Source: a bacterium
Lineage (GTDB): Bacteria > Babelota > Babeliae > Babelales > JAUWHS01
Direction: 5' to 3'
Length of the DNA: 33,744 nt
NCBI GenBank assembly: GCA_043818275.1
Contig: JBDRFY010000073.1
Span: forward strand, 1-33,744
The position numbers were made by a program, and so were the translations under genes. Positions 19,125 through 27,613 of this stretch are shown piece after piece; position 1 is the first letter of the stretch, and each line of letters opens with the position of its first letter. The notes under the pieces were generated by a model that was given only the letters and a program-made list of their open reading frames with translations, searched no databases and had not been told where the DNA came from.

Positions 19125-20120
19125 TTATAAACTAGCTCCGTTTTTTAATAAAAAATTTACTATTTCAAGAAAATGATTTCCTCGTTTAGCAGCTTGTGAC
19201 ATTGCTATAGATAGCGGATTATAAAGTCCATTCTTTTTTTCATCGTTATAAATAATATTAATATGACTTTGTTTATTTATATCTGCTCCACATTCTAACA
19301 ATACCTCTAAGGCGCTTTGTTTATAATTCCATGCAGCAAAATTTAGCGGTGTCCACATTCCCAAATTATCACTGCCGTGTTTTACATTGAAAATAAAATT
19401 TGGATCTGCGCCTTTCTCTAAAAAGAACCTAAGAGCTTTTGGCCTATCATAAATAAAGGTATCCCAACCACCGGGCCCAGTAACACCTATTGACCAAACA
19501 TCATTAACATTATATCCACGATTAATTAATTCATAAATTATCTCTTGCGCTAAAGGTGTAAGAATGTCAGAATTTTTAAAGGATGGATTTATTGCTTCAT
19601 ACATCAAAATTGCATAATGCATTATAGTCATAGGCTTATTACCATAAAATATTTCTTTTATTGCACAAGCCCCATTATTTTTTATTGACCACAAAATTAA
19701 TCTTAGAGATATTTCACGAGCATCATCTGTATACGTACAAAGCGCATACTCTAAAAGAGACTTTCCAAAATATAAGGAATTGGCTTTGCCGTGTTTTTGT
19801 TCAAGTTTAAATGCCGTCTTAATATCTTTTGCGCTTATAGCATATTGAATAAATGATTGATCTGTTTGAGCATTTAATTTAAGTAGTGTTTCAACCGCTT
19901 TATTTTTTTTATTAAGCAATGCAAAAACAAAGGGAATCATTCCTGCTTTTTTAGCATTAATGTCAGCCCCCATTTGAAAGGCTTTTTCAATTTCTTCACC
20001 CGAGTCATTCAAGATTGCCTTGTTTAATATTTCTTGCGCAGGTTCAACTGTTTTATTATTGTTTGCAGCAATGTTTGAAAATGCTAATAGAATTATAAAT
20101 ACTAAATTTGATATATTCAT
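19125..20120 (-). CDS. Secreted ankyrin-repeat protein
   Basis: GADIN, GADPN, TPLNFAA and NPLSIA...LLKNGA. Start moved to MNISN behind GGGGG. Confidence 0.9.
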   Translation of the reverse strand: MNISNLVFIILLAFSNIAANNNKTVEPAQEILNKAILNDSGEEIEKAFQMGADINAKKAGMIPFVFALLNKKNKAVETLLKLNAQTDQSFIQYAISAKDIKTAFKLEQKHGKANSLYFGKSLLEYALCTYTDDAREISLRLILWSIKNNGACAIKEIFYGNKPMTIMHYAILMYEAINPSFKNSDILTPLAQEIIYELINRGYNVNDVWSIGVTGPGGWDTFIYDRPKALRFFLEKGADPNFIFNVKHGSDNLGMWTPLNFAAWNYKQSALEVLLECGADINKQSHINIIYNDEKKNGLYNPLSIAMSQAAKRGNHFLEIVNFLLKNGASL

Positions 20121-20141
20121 TTTAATAACCCCCAAAATTAT

Positions 20142-20462
20142 TTAACTTTTCTTTATTTTTCCATCCCTCATAACTTTAATTTCATATCCGCCTACGCCAA
20201 GCTTCCCGACTTTGCCATGCTTCGTCGAGGCGAGCGGCGGGACAGGTTCCATTTTAAGCTCAGTATTTTTTACAGTTTCGTTATTTGAACGGTTGTTGGT
20301 TCTTTTGTTCTCGGTTTCACCAGAAAGTCTATTTTCAATATCTGTTACTTTTTCAACCAGAATATTAAAACCCTTTTCTAACAAATCTACTTTTTGTTCG
20401 AGTGTCGATTTAGCACTTAAACCAGCAACTAAAAACGGTAATAACAAAATAAGCTTTTTCAT
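20142..20462 (-). CDS. Small secreted coiled-coil protein with a nested palindrome insertion
   Basis: Signal peptide MKKLILLL behind GGAGG; LEQKVDLLE coiled coil; 20 aa encoded by repeats. Confidence 0.8.
   Translation of the reverse strand: MKKLILLLPFLVAGLSAKSTLEQKVDLLEKGFNILVEKVTDIENRLSGETENKRTNNRSNNETVKNTELKMEPVPPLASTKHGKVGKLGVGGYEIKVMRDGKIKKS
20187..20246 (-). repeat. Two nested 30-bp family A palindromes, in frame
   Basis: Minus strand: CCTGTCCCGCCG[CTCGCCTCGACGAAGCATGGCAAAGTCGGG]AAGCTTGGCGTAGGCGGA = PVPPLASTKHGKVGKLGVGG. Confidence 0.85.
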
Positions 20463-20533
20463 ATTATTCCTCCAAATAGTCATTGACTAACAATCAACAA
20501 CAAAGCTTAAGATTGATAATTATTTATATTAAA

Positions 20534-21256
20534 TCATTTAAGTCTTGTAAATCTTGCAGAAATTATATCATCAATTTCTTTTTGAAGTTTTTGTTTATAG
20601 GCCTCTTGACTCAAATCTTGTCTATTATTAGGTGTTGAATTTGTTTTCCATGCAGATAATATTTTTTGTGCTTCTGGCTCTCCCAAAGCAGCCGCTTTTG
20701 TTATGTCGCTTACCATCGCATTTTTGTTTCCTATTCCCATATAAACCAAAGCTCTTTCTGAATAATAAAATCCATTCGAAGGACAAAGATTTATTGCCAT
20801 TGTATAGTCAGCAAGGGCCTGATCATATCTTTTCAAAGAAAAATTAGCAGTTCCACGTCTATCCCAAAGAAAACAATTTGATGGAGCTATTTCTATTGCA
20901 AAAGTAAATATAGCAATAGCCTCTTCATTTTTACCGTTTTTCAGTAATTGCAATCCTTCCTTAATGTATTTTTCTACTTGTATAAGATCATTTAAAAGTT
21001 GAAGAGCTACTGGTGTACCTATTTTTTTTAAATATTGAGTAATATATTCATTTGCATATTCATCTGATTGCTGATCAATACTTGTAACACTAAGATGTTC
21101 ACTTAATTGTGCAATCAAATTATAATATTCAACTCCTCTGTTTTTAGAACAGTCGTTTAACTCTCCCTTAGAAGTAACAGTAGTATCGCATTTTATATAA
21201 TTCATTAAAGGAACTGCTGTTCCGACAATTAAAATCGCTATAAAGAGTTTTTTCAT
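20534..21256 (-). CDS. Secreted TPR protein with an N-terminal 'IGTP' module
   Basis: Signal peptide; VEYYNL...YLKKIGTPVALQLLNDL followed by ~3 TPRs (A..F..AI...P, RG.A...L..Y..A..DY..AI.L.P). Confidence 0.9.
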   Translation of the reverse strand: MKKLFIAILIVGTAVPLMNYIKCDTTVTSKGELNDCSKNRGVEYYNLIAQLSEHLSVTSIDQQSDEYANEYITQYLKKIGTPVALQLLNDLIQVEKYIKEGLQLLKNGKNEEAIAIFTFAIEIAPSNCFLWDRRGTANFSLKRYDQALADYTMAINLCPSNGFYYSERALVYMGIGNKNAMVSDITKAAALGEPEAQKILSAWKTNSTPNNRQDLSQEAYKQKLQKEIDDIISARFTRLK

Positions 21257-21285
21257 TTTATTCCTTAATTTAAATTTATCTAAAA

Positions 21286-21609
21286 TTAAACTTTCGGTGT
21301 TGCCTCTTTTTGAATATCTGCAATGAGCCTCTTGGAAGTAGGAGTTCCTATTGTTTGCAAATATGAAGACAACATCTGAATTGTCTCTGCGTTAGTAGCT
21401 TTAAATATAGAGTATGTAAGACACGCCTGACACATTATGCAACAAAGCTGCATAAGATCATTATATTCGTTTTGATTTATATCGGATGAAAAGGGAACTG
21501 AATAAAAACGTCCAGTCTTTTGATCTTGTTGCAGATCAGCCCACAAAGGAGTCGCGAAAAAAACAAGATTTGAAAAAAAAACACACATAATGATGACACG
21601 TGTATTCAT
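21286..21609 (-). CDS. Small secreted protein with the 'IGTP' module (paralogue of 17148-17441)
   Basis: FYSVPFSSDINQNEYNDL...YLQTIGTPTSKRLIADI. Start at MNTR behind GGAGG. Confidence 0.85.
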   Translation of the reverse strand: MNTRVIIMCVFFSNLVFFATPLWADLQQDQKTGRFYSVPFSSDINQNEYNDLMQLCCIMCQACLTYSIFKATNAETIQMLSSYLQTIGTPTSKRLIADIQKEATPKV

Positions 21610-21854
21610 AGAAATTACCTCCAAAATTAAACCTAAAACTATTCCATTTTATATAACCCTATATTATATTGCCTATTTTTTTCATGTTTCGCAAAAGGGC
21701 ACAGACTGTAAAACACCTACCACAAGAACTTAATAAATAATTCAACCAGAAAACCATTGGTTTTACACTATTTTAATCGATTTTTAGGACTAAAAAACGG
21801 TATGATAAAACATAAGAAAAATACTGTCTGGATCAATGAAATCAACTTGGTGAG

Positions 21855-21953
21855 ATGATGAAGAAAAATACAATTTTAACGTTACGGGATTACCAGCGAG
21901 AATCTCATGAGTATGTACAAAAAGAGCTTGAAAATGGCGTTTTTATAAATTAA
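21855..21953 (+). pseudogene. N-terminal remnant of an SF2 (DEAD/ResIII-like) helicase
   Basis: 32-codon ORF MMKKNTILTLRDYQRESHEYVQKELENG... carries the LRxYQ Q-motif and then stops. Confidence 0.5.
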
Positions 21954-22118
21954 AGGCCTAAAAAGCTAATAAATAAATAGAGGCACATTTTATTTAGCTT
22001 CTTCTGTTTTTATTTTTTGTTTTGAGATTTTGTTTGGCATATTTTTATAGAAAAAATTATGAATTAATTTGGTTAATTAATTAATTTAATCAAAAATTGT
22101 GATTAGTTTAAATGAGAG

Positions 22119-22146
22119 TGGATCCTGAAATAAATTCAGAATGACA
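22119..22146 (-). repeat. Solitary GTCAT...GGATCCA palindrome (RPE/WPE/CGTC-like)
   Basis: Minus strand TGTCATTCTGAATTTATTTCAGGATCCA. Confidence 0.6.
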
Positions 22147-22221
22147 AATGGGAGAAAATTATTTTTATAAAGGTTTTATGGTTTTCTTAAAGTCACAACT
22201 TAGGTATAATTAATATAAAAT

Positions 22222-23454
22222 TTAGATATCTACAGAAATATTTTTTAAATATTCATAGTCTCTATTATAAAAAGTGGCAAATGATTCAGAAGTAGAACCA
22301 TCACAAATTGAAGAAATCACAACAGCTCCTTTTTCAACTAATTCTTTTTTTATACTTTCTTCAGATTTTTTTTCGTCTTCAAATACTACGTGATCTAGTA
22401 TCAACCCTGGAGCAGAAACAATATCTTCAAATCCAATACAGTTTTTGAAAGTCATATATGCAAAACACGTAAGCAAAAATTTAGTATTTTTAAAATTTGA
22501 AGACTCTATTATTTTATTGTTTCCTGCAAAGTAACAACCATAAAATTCTGCTTTTTCAAAATTAATTTTATTAAATCCATCACCTGAAGATTTATAAGTA
22601 TTTATTATTAATTCTTTAAAAATTGAATATTTCATATTAACTTCAATGAAACTTGTCGATAAAAAAGAACATTTATTAAAAAAAACATTCTTCATACACA
22701 CATTTTCTAATTTGCAATTATAAAAATTATTATAATCAGATATAAACATAGCGTTTTTAAAATCTATGTTTTTTAGTTCAAGGAATTTAAAGTCAACATT
22801 AATAAATTTTGTACCTATAAATTTGACATTCTCATATTTCCAAAAATCTTCCTCAGAAACAATGTCAGAATCACCACAAAAGCAAGCTTCATCTATAACA
22901 GCATAAGATAAATCAGTATTTTTAAAAATCACCTTATCCAAACATGTAAATCTTCCAAGTCTTGCTCCAACAAGATTTGCGTTTGTAAAATCAACCCCGC
23001 TTAAATCCAAATCTGAAAAATCTACACCTGCTAAATTTGCCCCAACTAAATTTTTGTCACCTTTTTTTAATTTTTTATAATCTTCTTTATCAAAGGAAAG
23101 ATTCAATTTTTTAATAATTTTTAACCGCTCACTCTCTCTAAACTCTTTTATCGCTTCAAATTGAATAATTTTTTTTTCACAAGCCATAGCAAGTTCAACA
23201 TTATATTTACAAATTTGTCTTAAGTTCAGCCAAAAAACAGGATAATAACTTTGACTTATTCGTTGCAAAAGAACATCTGAAGATACGTCTTTAAAAATAA
23301 TATCTGAATTACAGAAAAAAATTTTTTTCTTAGAACATTCAAATGCTTCATCATTCTTATTTTTTCTCTTTAAGCCTCTAATCTCTTTAGGCGGAATCGC
23401 AATCAAAAACATATTTGCAAAAACAATCAAAAACAAAAAAAATCGCTTTACCAT
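22222..23454 (-). CDS. Secreted pentapeptide-repeat protein with an F-box-like segment
   Basis: Signal peptide; FKDVSSDVLLQRISQSYYPVFWLNLRQICKY; ANLAG/VDFSD/ANLVG pentapeptides. Confidence 0.88.
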   Translation of the reverse strand: MVKRFFLFLIVFANMFLIAIPPKEIRGLKRKNKNDEAFECSKKKIFFCNSDIIFKDVSSDVLLQRISQSYYPVFWLNLRQICKYNVELAMACEKKIIQFEAIKEFRESERLKIIKKLNLSFDKEDYKKLKKGDKNLVGANLAGVDFSDLDLSGVDFTNANLVGARLGRFTCLDKVIFKNTDLSYAVIDEACFCGDSDIVSEEDFWKYENVKFIGTKFINVDFKFLELKNIDFKNAMFISDYNNFYNCKLENVCMKNVFFNKCSFLSTSFIEVNMKYSIFKELIINTYKSSGDGFNKINFEKAEFYGCYFAGNNKIIESSNFKNTKFLLTCFAYMTFKNCIGFEDIVSAPGLILDHVVFEDEKKSEESIKKELVEKGAVVISSICDGSTSESFATFYNRDYEYLKNISVDI

Positions 23455-23725
23455 AAAAAACCTTTAAATTACATATTATTTTTAAATTACAAAGTTGGTC
23501 GATGTTAGCAAATAATTGGAAAAAGAAAAAGGCCTGAGTTTTTACCCAAGACCTTTATAATTTTTAAAAGATGGAATAATTAATTTTTTTTTCTTGATTA
23601 ATTTTCATAAACGCAACTTCAAATAAAATAAACCCACTAAAAACATCCTCAACCATACTAAATTCCCGGAATATTCATATATCCCGGGAATTATTTATAA
23701 TATTTATAAATAAATGATTTACGGG

Positions 23726-23821
23726 TTATTTTCTAAAGTAACTCTCTAGCCAAGGTTTAAAAACAAGTAGACCTACCAAGTAAGAAATCATAAATGCAAT
23801 TACTGTAGACCATTCCATCAT
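23726..23821 (-). CDS. Micro membrane peptide (31 aa)
   Basis: MMEWSTVIAFMISYLVGLLVFKPWLESYFRK; ATGA overlap with the upstream micro-ORF. Below the ORF-track cut-off. Confidence 0.55.
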   Translation of the reverse strand: MMEWSTVIAFMISYLVGLLVFKPWLESYFRK

Positions 23822-23922
23822 TTCTTAAACCCTTTTATATAATTTGAAAGAAGTATCTTTAATGTATGCGCGACAAAAGATACAACCAGTAAAATAGATA
23901 AGGTAGATATAAACTTAATCAT
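23818..23922 (-). CDS. Micro membrane peptide (34 aa)
   Basis: MIKFISTLSILLVVSFVAHTLKILLSNYIKGFKK; TAATG overlap with the stop of 23922-24638. Confidence 0.55.
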   Translation of the reverse strand: MIKFISTLSILLVVSFVAHTLKILLSNYIKGFKK

Positions 23923-24638
23923 TAAGCTGGTCCAGTCGCAACGCCTCCAAGTATCCCACCAACCATTGCGCCAACCTGAGAAGCGGCTTCTATTTCAGCG
24001 CCTAAAGCAGCCTCCATTTGCATGAAAGCTGCAGCGGTCGTCGCAGGATTGGCAGTTGCTATTCCTGCGGCAACGCTTGAAACAACTATAAAGCCATGAC
24101 CAACACCGTAAACTACTAATTTACCTATCCAACATCCAACAGCAGCCCCACCTGCGCCCCCACCATTTAACAACTGTTTGCAATGAATAATATATTCACC
24201 TTGCTCTGTTTTTGATAATTCCAAAAGTGAATATGGGCTAAATAAAACTTTAATTTCCGCGACTTCTTCTTTTGACAAATCTCCAAGCTTTGTAATTGGT
24301 ATATTTTGCGCGCTTTTTATCTCTGCTAAATCTTCAAGAGATATTTCCCTGACAGATAAAACATATTCTTTGTCATCAATTACAAAACGTTTATTTATTC
24401 CTAATAAATAAGAAAGTTGCAAATCAGAAATTTCGCGAACTTCTTTATCAACAAAAGCTCGCTCAACGTTGACTCTCTTTCCACTTTCTTCTTCGACAAT
24501 AAAATCATTCCCATTATGAAACAACTTCACATTTTTTAAATTTTTTGTTCGTAAATATTTAGATGGAATTTCCATTTCGTTTGAACGTAAACCAAAAGTT
24601 AAAAAGAAAGGAACCAGCAGCAAGTATTTTTTTAACAT
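23922..24638 (-). CDS. Secreted protein with an LNGGG junction and a Gly/Ala-zipper C-terminus
   Basis: Signal peptide, polar N-domain, ...EYIIHCKQLLNGGG, then ~78 aa hydrophobic GxxxG-rich tail. Confidence 0.85.
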   Translation of the reverse strand: MLKKYLLLVPFFLTFGLRSNEMEIPSKYLRTKNLKNVKLFHNGNDFIVEEESGKRVNVERAFVDKEVREISDLQLSYLLGINKRFVIDDKEYVLSVREISLEDLAEIKSAQNIPITKLGDLSKEEVAEIKVLFSPYSLLELSKTEQGEYIIHCKQLLNGGGAGGAAVGCWIGKLVVYGVGHGFIVVSSVAAGIATANPATTAAAFMQMEAALGAEIEAASQVGAMVGGILGGVATGPA

Positions 24639-24985
24639 TATTTTCCTTTAATAAAAAACCTAAATATCAACCCGCGTACCCCTTCCCTTTTTCTAGTCCT
24701 ACCATAGGCATACTCCTTTATGTTCAGTAGCCGAGATAACCCAAATACTTGGTACCATAAGAAAAATTATTCTTATAATTCTTTACACTTAAAAAGTGTT
24801 TATAATATTCTCATCAAAAAACAAGCAACAAGATCTCATTTTTATCAGTAAAAATCAATATAAATTTAAAACTGAATAAAATAATTTCTTTTTTTGTAAA
24901 AGCAAATAAACGTTTTAAAAAGCTAGAATTTGTTGGATTCCCAAAAATCCCGGATCATCAAATGAAAAAGTTCTAAAATAATCTA

Positions 24986-25891
24986 TCAAGACACATCACT
25001 TTCCATTCTTCTTTGACTAAATTCCATGATTTTTGAAGCGCCTTCATTTGGCATATGCTTTGTAGTATCAATTATAACATCATAAATAATTCGCGGCTTA
25101 ATACATATTGATTTTTTAGATAAATCAAAATTTAGAGACTGTAAAATATCTTCCTTAAACTTGTTAAAAGGCTTAATGCCATCTTTAGGCGTAGAAATTG
25201 CATTATAATTTTCTTGTAATTCTGAAAAAACTTTATTAACTGATTCCTGTGTAAGCACATCAATTTTATGTAAATCATTTTCATCACATTTTTCATATAA
25301 ACAACCAAATCAACGTATAGCCCTAGCCAAATCTCTTTTCTCTAATTTTTCATCTATGGTAGCATCTGTTTTTTTGGCATCTATATTACGAGATTTTACT
25401 CTTTCATTTAAAGTTTCAAAAGGACAATAAGCTAAGGCAAAAATTATATTGCAATCACGAAACTGTTCCAGAAAAATTTGCATTTCCTCCCCAAAAAGAA
25501 TGTGGTCTAAAACAACATCCTTGCCTTGTTTAAAAACGTCATTAATCATTTGAATTATTTGACCTATAATATTTACAGTTATAAACAGATTAGCAACTTC
25601 AAAAGATAAAAAATTATTAACATGGATATCTATATTTTTATAATCATCTAATTCTTTAGAATATTCTTCATAAAATTTATTTTTAACGTATTTATCTATT
25701 GATACAGATTCCCAATTCGGTCCTAACATAGAAATCAATTCATTCCGAATACTTGTTTTTCCTGAACTTGATGTTCCATTAATAAATATTATCGTACGTG
25801 ATTGTAGTTGATTAATCAATAAACAATAGTTTATTAAAATAGCTATGATTACTAACTTTTTAAAATATCCAAAAGTAATTTTAAAGATCAT
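24986..25891 (-). pseudogene. Chloramphenicol-phosphotransferase/AAA-like P-loop kinase interrupted by an in-frame TGA
   Basis: IIFINGTSSSGKTS and VVLDH. TGA at 25312-25310 is followed by an open frame continuous with 24986-25258, ending YDVIIDTTKHMPNEGASKI (typical CPT C-terminus). Confidence 0.8.
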
Positions 25892-26426
25892 ATATTTTCC
25901 CTTTATTTCTAATAATTATAAAATTTATTTTTTCTAATACATTTGAAAGTTCCTTCATCCTTACACCGATAAATTCAAGATTTAGGTTTTCTTCTTTTAA
26001 TTTTTTTTGCGCCTCTTCAATAAAAACACCTGGCTCAGAACATTTAGTTTTTCCAGCTTTATCGCAATAACAATAATCTATGGCGCAAGAAGGAGATCCG
26101 TTTACACAAATAAATCCTAAAATTTTATAATCATCATCAAGATACAGTTTATATCTATCAATTAATTCCTGGGCTTTTTTTGAACAAATTTTACGGTATT
26201 CAGAATTATTATATCTCTCTTTTCCGCAAGCATTTCGTTTTAAACCTTCATAGATAATTTCAGGACAAGAAACAACCGATAATCCAATGCCATTTTTAAT
26301 CAAAAGATCCAATAATTCTGCTACTGGTCCCTGACCTTTCATATTTCCAACACCATAAGCGCGTATGTTTTGATTTACCAGACATTCACTTATGAAAAAT
26401 ATTTTTTTAGATCTAAATGTTGGCAT
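25881..26426 (-). CDS. DUF523 / 2-thiouracil desulfurase-family Fe-S protein
   Basis: SECL, CPE and GSPSC Cys motifs; PGVFIEE. Confidence 0.8.
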   Translation of the reverse strand: MPTFRSKKIFFISECLVNQNIRAYGVGNMKGQGPVAELLDLLIKNGIGLSVVSCPEIIYEGLKRNACGKERYNNSEYRKICSKKAQELIDRYKLYLDDDYKILGFICVNGSPSCAIDYCYCDKAGKTKCSEPGVFIEEAQKKLKEENLNLEFIGVRMKELSNVLEKINFIIIRNKGKIYDL

Positions 26427-26463
26427 CTGAATTTCCCTAAATATTAAGACATTCCTAAAATTT

Positions 26464-26487
26464 AAGGCTCCGAAATATCGGAGCCTT
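26464..26487. terminator. Intrinsic terminator-like hairpin
   Basis: AAGGCTCCGA-AATA-TCGGAGCCTT. Confidence 0.65.
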
Positions 26488-26515
26488 TTGTTTATTTATA
26501 AGTTTTTATCTTTAT

Positions 26516-27463
26516 TCAACTAATGGTACAACCCTCAGGAACATCACTATTTATAAAAACACAATTTTCTACTGTCCCTCCACCTGGCAATGTTCCATTT
26601 AAAACAAAGGCATTTGGTCCAATTTGGGTTTTTACCAATCCTGGACCAGAATAATTATTTTCTTCTTCATCTAAATCATCTTCTCCATAGAATTCATATT
26701 CTCCAGAAATACATTTTCTTTTCAATCCAATAGGAACCAAAACTTTTCCACATCCCTCAAGCTCTAACCAGTGAAGCTCTTTTGCATTTACAAGACTTTC
26801 TGGTAATTTTTTTAGTTTTTTATTTCCTTCAAGATGAAACCACTTTAATTCAGATAACTTCTCAATATCATCAGGCAAAGTTGTAAGATTATTATCACTA
26901 AGATACAAGTGGCTTATTTTTATTTCTTTATCACATTTTAAAATAAAAGGGAAAATAGCCTTTAATTCATAATCTTCTAATTCTAATTCCTCTAAATGAA
27001 CAACATGCCATGGCCTAAGCCTAGAATTAATTTTCTGAATCTTTGCGAACCATTCTTTTAGCCAACTATTTTCAAGCTCTTTACTTTCAAGAATTTTACT
27101 TAGGTTAAAAAGTTTCACGGTATAACATTTATAATAAATATTAAATAAAAATTCTTTTCCATTATCAAATTTTTTATTTAACCCTAATGCAGTTGATAAT
27201 GGACAACATTCGGAATATTGGGATAAAATATATCTAAAAAGAAAATCATTTTTATGTTCTTCTATCCACTTTTCAAAATCCAACAAAGATGAAAAATCAG
27301 AAACTAGAATTTTCATAACCTCAGTATTTATATAACTGGCAGTCTTAGTAAACGATCTCGTATGGACTCTTCTTTGGGGGATTGTTTTATCAGGCGATTT
27401 CGCATATAAACCAAATGATAAAATAAAAGAAAAAGATAAAAATATTTTTTTCATATATTTCAT
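26516..27463 (-). CDS. Secreted leucine-rich-repeat protein ending in CaaX (CTIS)
   Basis: Signal peptide; LYLSDNNLTTLPDDIEKLSELKWFHLEGNKKLKKLPES LRRs; C-terminal GCTIS*. Confidence 0.9.
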   Translation of the reverse strand: MKYMKKIFLSFSFILSFGLYAKSPDKTIPQRRVHTRSFTKTASYINTEVMKILVSDFSSLLDFEKWIEEHKNDFLFRYILSQYSECCPLSTALGLNKKFDNGKEFLFNIYYKCYTVKLFNLSKILESKELENSWLKEWFAKIQKINSRLRPWHVVHLEELELEDYELKAIFPFILKCDKEIKISHLYLSDNNLTTLPDDIEKLSELKWFHLEGNKKLKKLPESLVNAKELHWLELEGCGKVLVPIGLKRKCISGEYEFYGEDDLDEEENNYSGPGLVKTQIGPNAFVLNGTLPGGGTVENCVFINSDVPEGCTIS

Positions 27464-27613
27464 AAAAATTCCTTCGATTAAAAAAATAAAAATTACCGGA
27501 CTAAAGCATAGATATAAATTTTATTTATTCAAGAAAATTTTAAACTTTGCCAAAACCAACTTTCCTGCTAAAATCAAACAACTTTTCATTTTAAAATTTA
27601 AATAGAATAAAAA

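Noticed and set aside
17148..21630. Integron-like cassette array suggested by similar intergenic sequences (TAATT..TTTTGGRGG)
   Set aside because: Spacers are too short for attC sites and lack GTTRRRY/RYYYAAC pairs; the similarity is explained by stop codon + SD sequence.
23563..23646. Third hydrophobic micro-ORF (MFLVGFILFEVAF...) after the two coupled peptides
   Set aside because: Not translationally coupled, separated by a hairpin, and with poor RBS spacing.
24986..25891. Alternative genetic code (TGA as sense)
   Set aside because: Conserved genes here end properly at TGA and have no internal TGA.
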